Part shown: in pieces, positions 28,532-36,887 of the stretch
Numbering within the stretch: the stretch's first letter is position 1
Layout of the letters: each line of letters opens with the position of its first letter
Origin: Candidatus Fimenecus sp.
GTDB taxonomy: Bacteria > Bacillota > Clostridia > Oscillospirales > Acutalibacteraceae
Direction: 5' to 3'
Assembly (NCBI GenBank): GCA_051881395.1
Contig: JBJEPU010000074.1
Location: forward strand, 1-55,863
DNA: 55,863 bases
Notes under the pieces: model-generated
What the model was told of the DNA's origin: nothing
What the model saw: only the letters and a program-made list of their open reading frames with translations
Database searches by the model: none
Program-made: the position numbers and the translations under genes

Positions 28532-28560
28532 AGTATACTTTTTTATATGCGGAAAGTCAA
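28532..28560 (-). promoter_or_regulatory. Sigma-A type promoter of the polysaccharide locus
   Basis: On the minus strand: TTGACT (28560-28555), 17-nt spacer, TATACT (28537-28532), with an A-tract immediately upstream. It lies about 45 nt upstream of the PGT start. Confidence 0.6.
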
Positions 28561-28613
28561 CCGAAATCGGTTTTTTTCGTGAGAATAGCAGGTGGAAATT
28601 TTAGGGATATTGC

Positions 28614-28647
28614 ATAAAGGGACGGCAGTGCATCTGCCGTCCCTTTT
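28614..28647 (-). terminator. Rho-independent terminator after the holin gene
   Basis: gggacggcag (28619-28628) pairs with ctgccgtccc (28634-28643), a perfect 10-bp stem. T-rich flanks on both strands insulate the phage-like block from the glycan locus. Confidence 0.8.
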
Positions 28648-28662
28648 CCCGTTTGCAAAAGG

Positions 28663-28914
28663 CTATTCTTCCTTTTTCATTTGCTTAACAATCTGATTGC
28701 CGTATACAGCCGCACCTGTAACCAGCACTCCCTGTACGACGGCGTCCGCGGATAAGCCCGCAAGTGCCAGCGTACCCGCCACACCGAATACCAGCAAAAT
28801 CAGCGGAATAAATTTATCGGGAATTTTTTCAAATCCCTTTAAAATCATACCGAGGATGTTTAAAGCCGGAATTAAAATCAGTGCGTTTTGTGTAATATAC
28901 TGCAAAAAATCCAT
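28663..28914 (-). CDS. Phage-type holin
   Basis: 83 aa with AGGAGG RBS, two to three TM segments and a charged C-terminus (KQMKKEE). It is the last gene of the lysis block. Confidence 0.7.
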   Translation of the reverse strand: MDFLQYITQNALILIPALNILGMILKGFEKIPDKFIPLILLVFGVAGTLALAGLSADAVVQGVLVTGAAVYGNQIVKQMKKEE

Positions 28915-28915
28915 T

Positions 28916-29191
28916 TCAGCCTCCTGTTTTCAAAAGCATCCAAATTGCGGTGCCAAGCGCCGTGCCGAATGCGGTTATCACAGCGATAATCAGTTTATCC
29001 CACAACCGAGCAGGACGCGTGCTGACTGCTTTAATGCTTTCTTTGAGCTCGCCCAAGGTGACGAGCATACTGTCGAGTTTTGTGTTCAGTTCGGCACTTG
29101 TCACAGCAAATCCGTTCACTTTGGAATATAGGTGTTTTACATCTGCTTCCAATGTTACAATTCTGTGTTCATACAAATCCTTTTCGGGCAT
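28916..29191 (-). CDS. XhlA-like lysis accessory membrane protein
   Basis: 91 aa with GAGGTGA RBS. The N-terminus is coiled-coil-like (LEADVKHLYSKVNG...LGELKESIKAV) and there is a single C-terminal TM segment, as in PBSX XhlA. Confidence 0.65.
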   Translation of the reverse strand: MPEKDLYEHRIVTLEADVKHLYSKVNGFAVTSAELNTKLDSMLVTLGELKESIKAVSTRPARLWDKLIIAVITAFGTALGTAIWMLLKTGG

Positions 29192-29195
29192 ACGC

Positions 29196-30077
29196 TCACC
29201 TCAAATCGGCTTTGTTGACATAGCCTGTGACATTTGCGGAAATCGGTGTTTTGCCTGCACGCTCGGGCGATGAAGTAATGCGGTATCTTCCGTTTATTTC
29301 CTTACCGTCATAGATATAAAAAGTACCCGATTTTCTTGCCGCCACCGTTTTTGCGGTCGCGGAAACATACAGCGGCGTGTTGCTGAGCGTCACCATCATT
29401 TTCGGGGTGAACGCTGGTGCGGGTGCAGTCGGCACAGAGGGTTTTTCCGTTTTGCGGTATCCGTTCAGACCGTTATTACGCATAATTTTCGGATAGTCCT
29501 TATAAGCGCAGTCTAAATCCACATTGCCTTTGATGCCGTTCACCTGCCCGCCGGAGGTGTATTGCCAAATCCCGTATGCGCGTTTACAGGTTGTTTCCTT
29601 TGCCCAATGTGCAAGCCAAATATCGTATTTTTCAAAGATATCCTCCCGCAGCTTGGTATTCAGCCACGCAAGGTTCATATAAACACTGACATAATAGCCG
29701 GCTTTCTCAAGTGTTTCACAAAATGCGGTAACGATTTCAGAAATTTCGTCTTTTGACAAATCCTTTTGGCTGTCGTCCTCTACATCATAACAAATCGGGA
29801 AATCAAAGACTTTTCCCTTGATAAGAGACAGGCAATATTCGGCTTCTGCCCTTGCCTGTTCCGCGTTTTTAGCGTAACTGTAATGATAGGCGCCGACAAA
29901 AAGCCCTGCCGCTTTTGCCTTGTGATAGTTTTGCGCAAAAGTTTTGTCTGTCTGTCCGGCAAATCTGCCGTACCCTGCACGCAGTATTGCAAACTGCACA
30001 CCGGACGCCTTTACCTTTTGCCAGTCTATATCGCCCTGCCATTTTGACACATCAATGCCATCATAAAGTTTTTCCAA
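29196..30077 (-). CDS. GH25 muramidase endolysin with C-terminal SH3b-like wall-binding domain
   Basis: TTG start with an AGGGAGGAA RBS. GIDVSKWQGDIDWQKVKASGVQFAILRAGYG is the GH25 signature. There is a Pro-rich linker (PSVPTAPAPAFTP) and then a ~65-aa beta-rich tail. Confidence 0.85.
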   Translation of the reverse strand: MEKLYDGIDVSKWQGDIDWQKVKASGVQFAILRAGYGRFAGQTDKTFAQNYHKAKAAGLFVGAYHYSYAKNAEQARAEAEYCLSLIKGKVFDFPICYDVEDDSQKDLSKDEISEIVTAFCETLEKAGYYVSVYMNLAWLNTKLREDIFEKYDIWLAHWAKETTCKRAYGIWQYTSGGQVNGIKGNVDLDCAYKDYPKIMRNNGLNGYRKTEKPSVPTAPAPAFTPKMMVTLSNTPLYVSATAKTVAARKSGTFYIYDGKEINGRYRITSSPERAGKTPISANVTGYVNKADLR

Positions 30078-30078
30078 G

Positions 30079-31734
30079 TTAAATTCCTCCCTGTTCTATT
30101 CTATTCTCCAAAGCCTTTATTCTTGCCTCTAAACCTTGCATTTCGCAAGAAATATCTGCCGCATACCAAACCTGTGCCGTGACCGTATCGTCGGCAATAT
30201 GCAACACACACGACGCATACGGAAATACAAGCGTCTTCGACTGTGCAGTTTCTTCCTCTTGCGGGACGGCAAGGCAGTAAATCACCGTAAACGGCGTGTT
30301 TTCCAGAGACAACTGCTGTAAATAGGCTGCAAACGCCTCGGGTGCCGCCTCTGCATAGACAATAACGGCTTGCTTGTCTGTGCCGAAATAAACACCCACA
30401 ACCGTTTCTCCGTTTTGCGGCAGGGTTTGCTCGTCTGTATTCGCCGAAATCGGGCTTTGCAAAGTCGGTGCAACACTGCAATACCCTACGGTTTCGCCGG
30501 ATTTTTTAGCCTTTCCCTGCGGCAATGGCAAGGTATAAGCATAAACGGTTCTTGCACCAATCCGCACCACAGACGGTTCGACGCCTGCTACTGCGCTCTC
30601 GGTCAGCGACATCGCGGCAGTATACCGATGCGTTTTTCCGTCAACAAAATCAAAATAATCCGCGACGCTTTCGCTGATACCGTAAAGCGGCTCAGAAAAT
30701 GTTTGACTGCACAGCAAAGACCTTGATGTTTCCATCAAGGTTAAGCCCGCCCAGTCATACGACAGGATTTCCGCATAGCGCGCTTGCGAAAGATAAATTC
30801 CCGTACTGCGAATGGAGGCAATCCCGCTCTCATCGGTTGTAAAGCAGATTTCTGTCAGGTTATTGATATCGTTTGTCGGATGGCAGAACAGTACAGAAGT
30901 GCTCCCGTATTCCAAAAAGGAGGTTGCGCGTTTCGATACGCCCGCATACAGTTTTGATAAAACATACTCGGTGTTCGGTTTCAGTTGCAACTGTATGGTT
31001 ACATAGTTTTTTTGCGCTTCGCCGAATGTATTGTAACGCGAACTGTCCAAAAACGGTTCCAACAGATTTTCGCCGAAGGTCAATTTCACTGCGGATACCG
31101 CCGCACCGCCGCGCGGGCGCACCGTAAGGGAGCGCATCTCCCCGCCTGTTCCCGCGCCGACAAGCGTCATACGGGTTGACCCGCTGACGCGATGAAAAAG
31201 CGGCAACCCGTAAAAATCTTCGTTTATTTTTGCGGCGATTTCGGTGCGGTCGGCATCGGTCAAAATATAAGCATCGCCTTTGTCGCCCTTTTCGCCTTTG
31301 AAGGTATTTTGCCGAATTGCCTCTAAAAGTTGGTTGACCGAAAACGCGTGATTTTCGTCAATCAGGCGGTCTGTATTTTCCAAAGCAGAAAAATACAGCC
31401 GCACGGTTTTCGCTTTAATCACCTGCTCGGTTTTGCCGTTATCGGCAATCTGCACGATATTAAACACGCAAAGCGCGGTCATTTGCGAAGTCACTTCCAC
31501 GGGTAAATCAACCATAATTTGATTGTTCTCGTCAGGCGTCAAATATTCTGTGCGTGCCGTGCCCGAAACGGTGACGAATTCCGCATAATACCGATATTCG
31601 GGTAAAATGAGGCTTTCTTCGAGTGTGAACACAAGTGCCGTGGCGTTGTGCTCATACATTTTGCCCGCCTGCAAAGTATCGGTTTGCACTTCGGGTGCGG
31701 CAGTCACCGCAACTTGTAAAATGTTTTGTTTCAT
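30079..31734 (-). CDS. Phage tail-fibre/baseplate-like protein (BppU-N-like N-terminus, short collagen-like triplets, C-terminal coiled coil); function unknown
   Basis: Start trimmed to MKQNILQV (ATGA overlap with the regulator stop). It has no signal peptide. It contains GEKGDKGDA G-X-Y triplets and ends in EMQGLEARIKALENRIEQ. Confidence 0.55.
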   Translation of the reverse strand: MKQNILQVAVTAAPEVQTDTLQAGKMYEHNATALVFTLEESLILPEYRYYAEFVTVSGTARTEYLTPDENNQIMVDLPVEVTSQMTALCVFNIVQIADNGKTEQVIKAKTVRLYFSALENTDRLIDENHAFSVNQLLEAIRQNTFKGEKGDKGDAYILTDADRTEIAAKINEDFYGLPLFHRVSGSTRMTLVGAGTGGEMRSLTVRPRGGAAVSAVKLTFGENLLEPFLDSSRYNTFGEAQKNYVTIQLQLKPNTEYVLSKLYAGVSKRATSFLEYGSTSVLFCHPTNDINNLTEICFTTDESGIASIRSTGIYLSQARYAEILSYDWAGLTLMETSRSLLCSQTFSEPLYGISESVADYFDFVDGKTHRYTAAMSLTESAVAGVEPSVVRIGARTVYAYTLPLPQGKAKKSGETVGYCSVAPTLQSPISANTDEQTLPQNGETVVGVYFGTDKQAVIVYAEAAPEAFAAYLQQLSLENTPFTVIYCLAVPQEEETAQSKTLVFPYASCVLHIADDTVTAQVWYAADISCEMQGLEARIKALENRIEQGGI

Positions 31735-32141
31735 TGGGTCCCTCCGAATTGTTGTAAAGTTTGATGAAAGGGTTTTGCGGGATTTACAAGGCTGAAATCC
31801 ATTAAAAAGGGATATTGTAAACACGCGCGCAGTTTAGAGTCCGCTTTTTGGGACAGTGTATAGACGCGCTGGCGTGTGATGCCGCAGGTGCGCGCCGCCT
31901 GTGACACGGAAACACCCTCCATAAACAGCAGTTTTGCAATACACCGTTCTTCGGCATTCAGCTCTGTTTCGAGTGCGTGGCGCACCAGCCGCCCCAAGGT
32001 ATCCGTTTTGCGTTGTACCACATATTTCGCCGCCGCGCCGTTCTTAAAATCCGCGGCTGTCAAGGGTTCAAAGCATTCGGACAAATACGCATAGTCCTCC
32101 CCCGACAACAAAATCGGCGTGTCGGGCATTTGCAAATTCAT
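31731..32141 (-). CDS. Sigma-70 region-4-like HTH regulator (Xpf/ArpU/small sigma-like class)
   Basis: Start trimmed to MNLQMPDT (AAGGAG RBS 7 nt upstream). LNAEERCIAKLLFMEGVSVSQAARTCGITRQRVYTLSQKADSKL matches the region-4 HTH pattern. Confidence 0.6.
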   Translation of the reverse strand: MNLQMPDTPILLSGEDYAYLSECFEPLTAADFKNGAAAKYVVQRKTDTLGRLVRHALETELNAEERCIAKLLFMEGVSVSQAARTCGITRQRVYTLSQKADSKLRACLQYPFLMDFSLVNPAKPFHQTLQQFGGTQ

Positions 32142-32161
32142 AGCATTCTCCTTTCGTTTGT

Positions 32162-32210
32162 AAAAGAAAACAACACCTATGTGCAGATTTTTCACTGCAA
32201 TAGGTGTTGT
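32162..32210 (-). terminator. Strong hairpin plus U-tract in the leader of the regulator gene (attenuator and/or clpC operon terminator)
   Basis: On the minus strand, acaacacctattgcag (32210-32195) pairs with ctgcacataggtgttgt (32186-32170), with one bulge. It is followed by TTTTCTTTT and ends about 10 nt before the RBS. Confidence 0.7.
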
Positions 32211-32240
32211 AATCGAACATTCGTTCGCCTTGCACTATTT

Positions 32241-32268
32241 ATTATAGGGATTTTTTAGATTCTGTCAA
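32241..32268 (-). promoter_or_regulatory. Near-consensus sigma-A promoter downstream of clpC
   Basis: On the minus strand: TTGACA (32268-32263), 16-nt spacer, TATAAT (32246-32241). Confidence 0.6.
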
Positions 32269-32294
32269 GAGGAAAAATCCGATTTGTGCAAAAC

Positions 32295-34760
32295 TTATTC
32301 GGTTGTTTCACTTACAGGTTCGGCAGAGATTTCACGAAACACGAATGTGTCGCCGTCCACGGTGCAAAGGTAGTGCTTATTCGCCTGCACATTGCCTTTG
32401 AGCATTTCTTCGGACAGCGCGTCCTCAATTTTGCTTTGAATGGCGCGTTTCAAGGGGCGCGCACCGTAGACCTCATCAAAGCCCGCGTCGGCGATTTTGT
32501 CGACCGCTTCGTCGGAAAAATCAACGGTTATATCGAGCGATGCCGTGCGCTGTTTCAAATTGTCAAGCAGACGTTTCGCGATTTCGCGGATTTCTTGCTT
32601 TTGCAAACGCTTAAACACGATAATGTCATCGACGCGGTTTAAAAACTCGGGACGGAAGGTGTTTTTGAGCTCACCCATGACCGCTTCTTTGATTTTTTCA
32701 TCGTTTTGTTCGCGTTCCTCGGCGCTGTCCGCAAAGCCGAATGCGGCTTGTTTCGCGGTAATCAGTTTTGCACCGACATTGGAAGTCATAATGATAATGC
32801 AGTTTTTGAAGTCCACGCGCCGCCCCTGGCTGTCGGTCAAAATGCCGTCATCGAGAATTTGCAACAGCATATTGAACACATCGGGGTGTGCTTTTTCGAT
32901 TTCATCAAACAGCACCACGGAATAGGGCTTTCTTCTGACCTTTTCCGTCAGTTGCCCGCCCTCGTCATAGCCGACATAACCGGGCGGCGAGCCGACAAGG
33001 CGCGAAACGGTGTGTTTTTCCATATATTCGGACATATCTAAGCGTATCATTGCGTTTTCGTCGCCGAACATTGCGGCGGCAAGCGCTTTGCAAAGCTCGG
33101 TTTTGCCCACACCCGTGGGACCTAAAAAGATGAACGAGCCAATCGGCTTTTTGGGGTCTTTCAAGCCCACTCTGCCGCGGCGAATGGCGCGGGATACGGC
33201 TTTGACGGCTTCCTCCTGCCCGACAATACGGCGGTGCAGTTCCTCCTCCATATGCAACAACCGTTCGCTTTCCTCGGTGGTCAGTTGGGTAATCGGAATT
33301 CCCGTCCACGAGGCGACAATTTCCGCAACCTCGGTTTCGCCGACTTCATCGCGACTGTGCCCCGTTTCTTTCAGCCACGCCTGCTGTTTGTTTTCGAGTT
33401 CCAGCGAAAGCTTGCGTTCTTCGTCCCGCAAGGCGGCGGCGCGTTCGAAGTCTTGCTTGTTGACTGCCGTCTGTTTTTCGGCTTCCAGTTCCTTTTTGCG
33501 CGTTTCCATTTCTTTGATGTCCGGCGGCGCTGTAAAGGTTTGTAGCCTTACGCGCGAAGCCGCTTCGTCTATCAAATCAATTGCCTTATCCGGAAGATAG
33601 CGGTCACCGATATAACGCGCAGACAGTTGTACTGCCGCGGTGATTGCCGCATCGGTAATTTTCACCTTATGGTGCGCCTCGTATTTGTCGCGGATACCTT
33701 TGAGGATTTCGACCGCTTCCTCCTCACTCGGTTCGCCGACGGTTATCGGCTGGAAACGGCGTTCGAGTGCGGCGTCCTTTTCAATGTTTTTGCGGTATTC
33801 TTCAATCGTTGTTGCACCGATAACCTGCAATTCCCCGCGCGCCAAAGAGGGCTTCAAAATATTGGCGGCGTCTACCGCACCCTCGGCACTGCCTGCACCG
33901 ATGAGGGTGTGCACCTCGTCGATAAACAGGATAATATCGTCCGACGCTTTGACTTCGTCAATGACCTTTTTAATGCGTTCCTCGAAGTCACCGCGGTATT
34001 TGGTGCCCGCGACCATACCCGTCAAATCGAGAGAGACAATTTTTTTATCTTTCAGCATTTCGGGCACTTCACCCGAAACGATTTTCAACGCCAACCCCTC
34101 GGCAATCGCGGTTTTGCCCACGCCGGGCTCGCCGATTAAGCAGGGGTTATTTTTGGTGCGGCGGCTCAAAATCTGAATAACGCGTTCAATTTCATTTTGC
34201 CGCCCGATGACGGGGTCGATTTTGCCGTCGCGCGCCAATTTCGTCAAATCGCGCCCGAACTGTGACAGCACCGCATCACCGTTTGCACCGTCGTCTGAGT
34301 CTGCCGCGCCGTTTTGCGGGGCACGCATCATATTTTTGGATAACTCGTTGACAATGTCACTTAGAGACGCACCGAACTGCCGCAGGATTTGTGCCGCCAC
34401 GCAGGATTGCTCGCGCACAATGGCAAGCAAGACATATTCCGTGCCGACCAGCGGCTGTCCCATACCGCGTGCCAAAGACGCGGCGGTTTCAATGATATTT
34501 TTACTGCGCGGGGTGAAATCGTCGGGCACAAGCTCGGTGGGCACACCGACGCCGACAGTCTGTTTGATATAGGTTTCGACTTGGTCGTAGGTGATTTTTT
34601 TATTCGCCAGCACCGCACCCGCAACGGTCGAAGTATCCGACAACAACCCTAAAAGCAGGTGCTCACTGCCGATGTAGGTATGCCCCAAATTTTCCGCCGC
34701 CGATACTGCGGCGTTTAAGGATTTATTGGCTTTTTCCGTAAAGCCCGTGAATTTAAACAT
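32295..34760 (-). CDS. clpC: ATP-dependent Clp protease ATP-binding subunit ClpC
   Basis: 821 aa with Clp_N repeats, two Walker A motifs ([20 protein letters not shown]) and a UVR linker ([11 protein letters not shown]). It is the last gene of the ctsR operon. Confidence 0.95.
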   Translation of the reverse strand: MFKFTGFTEKANKSLNAAVSAAENLGHTYIGSEHLLLGLLSDTSTVAGAVLANKKITYDQVETYIKQTVGVGVPTELVPDDFTPRSKNIIETAASLARGMGQPLVGTEYVLLAIVREQSCVAAQILRQFGASLSDIVNELSKNMMRAPQNGAADSDDGANGDAVLSQFGRDLTKLARDGKIDPVIGRQNEIERVIQILSRRTKNNPCLIGEPGVGKTAIAEGLALKIVSGEVPEMLKDKKIVSLDLTGMVAGTKYRGDFEERIKKVIDEVKASDDIILFIDEVHTLIGAGSAEGAVDAANILKPSLARGELQVIGATTIEEYRKNIEKDAALERRFQPITVGEPSEEEAVEILKGIRDKYEAHHKVKITDAAITAAVQLSARYIGDRYLPDKAIDLIDEAASRVRLQTFTAPPDIKEMETRKKELEAEKQTAVNKQDFERAAALRDEERKLSLELENKQQAWLKETGHSRDEVGETEVAEIVASWTGIPITQLTTEESERLLHMEEELHRRIVGQEEAVKAVSRAIRRGRVGLKDPKKPIGSFIFLGPTGVGKTELCKALAAAMFGDENAMIRLDMSEYMEKHTVSRLVGSPPGYVGYDEGGQLTEKVRRKPYSVVLFDEIEKAHPDVFNMLLQILDDGILTDSQGRRVDFKNCIIIMTSNVGAKLITAKQAAFGFADSAEEREQNDEKIKEAVMGELKNTFRPEFLNRVDDIIVFKRLQKQEIREIAKRLLDNLKQRTASLDITVDFSDEAVDKIADAGFDEVYGARPLKRAIQSKIEDALSEEMLKGNVQANKHYLCTVDGDTFVFREISAEPVSETTE

Positions 34761-34793
34761 ACAAAATCTCTCCTTTCCACGAGAAAGGCAGAT

Positions 34794-35792
34794 TTACAGT
34801 CTTTCTCGCACAATCTTGGCGCGTTCCATATCGCGTTCGTGCGCGTCTAAGGTTTTGCCCGCCAAGGTATTGATACCCGCCGGCTGTAAGGTGAACATCA
34901 AATCGTTGATGGCGTTCGCATCGACCTGCAAAACGCCGCCGACCGCGCCCATACGCACCTGTGATGCCAGCTGCATAAATTCCTTTGTATTTAAAAGTCT
35001 TGCCGATTTTAAGACACCGTATGCACGGTAAATCATATCCTCGGTTTCGACCGTTTTTAAAAGCTCCGTTCGCGCCGCACGCTCCTGCGCCGCAAGTTGA
35101 AGCACAATGGTTTTTAGGTTTTCGATTGCCGATTTTTCGGAAATGCCCAAGGTCACCTGGTTGCTGATTTGGTACAAATCCCCTAAGGGGGCAGAGCCTT
35201 CGCCGTAGGCGCCGCGAATGGTTAACCCGAGTTTGGAAACGGTTGCCGCCAAAGTACCGACGCGGTTAAGCGCCGTTAATGCGGGCAGGTGCAGCATCAC
35301 CGATGCGCGCATACCCGTACCGAGATTGGTGGGGCATTCCGTTAAGTACCCGAGGTGCTCGTCAAAGGCAAACCGCAGTTTATCATTTATCGCGGTGTCC
35401 AATTTATCCGCCGTATCATACGCTTCCAAAAGGGCAAGACCGGGCTTCATCACCTGTAAGCGGATATGGTCCTCCTCATTGAGCATCACGCTGATTTCTT
35501 CATCATCGGACAATAACAGCGCACGCCCGTCGGCAGAGGACGCAAACTCGGGGCTGATGATATGCCGTTCGGCAAGGGACACAATTTGTGCCTGCGTTAA
35601 GGTTTTCATTTCGATATAGTGCAAGCTTGCGGCGGCGGGAACCGCGTCCCGCACCAACTCGTTGACCGCCACACGGGTTTTTGTATCTAACCGTGCGGGG
35701 AACGGGTAATCCGCTAAGTTACGCGCCAATCGAATGCGCGTGCTGATGACAACATCGCTTTGTTCGCCTTCACCCAAATACCATTTAGCCAT
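34794..35792 (-). CDS. mcsB: Protein arginine kinase McsB
   Basis: ATP:guanido phosphotransferase motif CPTNLGTGMRASVMLHLPAL. There is an 8-nt overlap with mcsA. Confidence 0.9.
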   Translation of the reverse strand: MAKWYLGEGEQSDVVISTRIRLARNLADYPFPARLDTKTRVAVNELVRDAVPAAASLHYIEMKTLTQAQIVSLAERHIISPEFASSADGRALLLSDDEEISVMLNEEDHIRLQVMKPGLALLEAYDTADKLDTAINDKLRFAFDEHLGYLTECPTNLGTGMRASVMLHLPALTALNRVGTLAATVSKLGLTIRGAYGEGSAPLGDLYQISNQVTLGISEKSAIENLKTIVLQLAAQERAARTELLKTVETEDMIYRAYGVLKSARLLNTKEFMQLASQVRMGAVGGVLQVDANAINDLMFTLQPAGINTLAGKTLDAHERDMERAKIVRERL

Positions 35793-36291
35793 TTTCCGTG
35801 CCCTCCTGTTCCAATGCTTTAATTTGGTCTCGCAAAGACGCCGCCGTTTCGTAATCCTGCAAATTCACGGCGTTTTGCAACTGCTCACGCAATTCGTCGA
35901 TACGGGAATTTTTCTTTTGTACGGGCGAGCCGTTCGGGATTTTGCCTTCGTGCTGGGTGCGCCCGTGAATCCGTTCCACGGAGGGCATCAGCTTATCGTA
36001 AAAGGTTTCGTAGCAGTCCGCACAGCCGACCTTGCCGCTTTTGACAATATCGTTAAAGGTACAGCCGCATTTTTCACAGCGCAAAACGCTGTTGCTCAAA
36101 CGGCCGACGGCGGCGGGCTCGAAAAAGGAGCTTAACATATCGGAAAAGCCGAAGCCGAAATCCGAAAAGGCATTCGAGTAGCCAAGGGATTTTGCACAGT
36201 CGGCGCAAAGATGCGCTTCGGTGCTTTCGCCGTTGACAATGCGTTTAATATGGGTGGTTGCTTCATGTTTTTTACAGTTTTGACACAGCAT
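35785..36291 (-). CDS. mcsA: McsA (zinc-finger/UVR-motif activator of McsB)
   Basis: Start trimmed to MLCQNCKK (AAAGGAG RBS). It has CxxC pairs and a C-terminal UVR motif, DYETAASLRDQIKAL. Confidence 0.85.
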   Translation of the reverse strand: MLCQNCKKHEATTHIKRIVNGESTEAHLCADCAKSLGYSNAFSDFGFGFSDMLSSFFEPAAVGRLSNSVLRCEKCGCTFNDIVKSGKVGCADCYETFYDKLMPSVERIHGRTQHEGKIPNGSPVQKKNSRIDELREQLQNAVNLQDYETAASLRDQIKALEQEGTENG

Positions 36292-36304
36292 AACAATCTC
36301 TCCT

Positions 36305-36754
36305 TTACTGCATGGTGGCAAGTAACATTTGCTTAAAAACGGAGGCGCGCACGCGGTCACGCGCGTCAGGCGGCAAATCGCGATAGGTGTTGTCGCGCAA
36401 CGCCGCATACATCACGGACACCTCTTTGTCGCTCAAAAGCCCTCGCGCGTGTAGATTTTGCAAATTGGCGCGGCAGGCCTTTTCGTCGATTTTATCGCCG
36501 ATGGAATTGATGAGGTGCATTTTCAGCGTTTCATAATTATATGTGGCACGGGTAATTTTAATGTACCCGCCGCCCCCACGACGGCTTTCGACGATATAGC
36601 CGTTTTCGGGTGTAAAGCGGGAGGACAGCACATAGTTGATTTGGCTCGGCACACAGCCGATTTGCTCCGCCAAATCATTGCGGCGGATTTCCGCCGTGCC
36701 GGTGTCCCCGAGCATTTGCACAATTAAATCGGCGATTTCTTTGCTTAAATTCAT
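36305..36754 (-). CDS. ctsR: Class III stress-gene repressor CtsR
   Basis: Start trimmed to MNLSKEIADLI (GAGGTGA RBS). It contains the conserved IVESRRGGGGYIKI glycine loop. Confidence 0.9.
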   Translation of the reverse strand: MNLSKEIADLIVQMLGDTGTAEIRRNDLAEQIGCVPSQINYVLSSRFTPENGYIVESRRGGGGYIKITRATYNYETLKMHLINSIGDKIDEKACRANLQNLHARGLLSDKEVSVMYAALRDNTYRDLPPDARDRVRASVFKQMLLATMQ

Positions 36755-36811
36755 TTTCCCATTCACCTCGGTTATTGTGATTCGGTCTCGGATATTCTTT
36801 TGAAGTTTGAC

Positions 36812-36828
36812 TTTGACTATCTTTGACC
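36812..36828 (-). promoter_or_regulatory. CtsR operator 1 (downstream of -10)
   Basis: On the minus strand, GGTCAAAGATAGTCAAA is an exact match to the (A/G)GTCAAA-NAN-(A/G)GTCAAA consensus. Extra GTCAAA heptads flank it. Confidence 0.85.
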
Positions 36829-36841
36829 TTTGACAAGTATT

Positions 36842-36869
36842 ATTATACCCAAAGGGCAGGAAAAGTCAA
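36842..36869 (-). promoter_or_regulatory. Sigma-A promoter of the ctsR-mcsA-mcsB-clpC operon
   Basis: On the minus strand: TTGACT (36869-36864), 16-nt spacer, TATAAT (36847-36842), bracketed by CtsR boxes. Confidence 0.75.
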
Positions 36870-36870
36870 A

Positions 36871-36887
36871 GGTCAAAAAAGGTCAAA
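36871..36887 (+). promoter_or_regulatory. CtsR operator 2 (opposite orientation, abutting -35)
   Basis: On the plus strand, GGTCAAAAAAGGTCAAA is an exact consensus match, preceded by a third heptad, AGTCAAA (36864-36870). Confidence 0.85.

Noticed and set aside
28663-32141. Intact or inducible prophage
   Set aside because: Only five genes are phage-like. There is no integrase, repressor, replication, packaging, capsid or tail-tube gene anywhere in the window. I found no flanking direct repeats beyond a trivial shared 7-mer (TAGGGAT).
32170-32210. Treating the hairpin solely as the clpC operon terminator
   Set aside because: Not fully rejected. A near-consensus TTGACA-16-TATAAT lies between the clpC stop and the hairpin, so a pure-terminator reading leaves that promoter unexplained. 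Both readings are kept in the findings.
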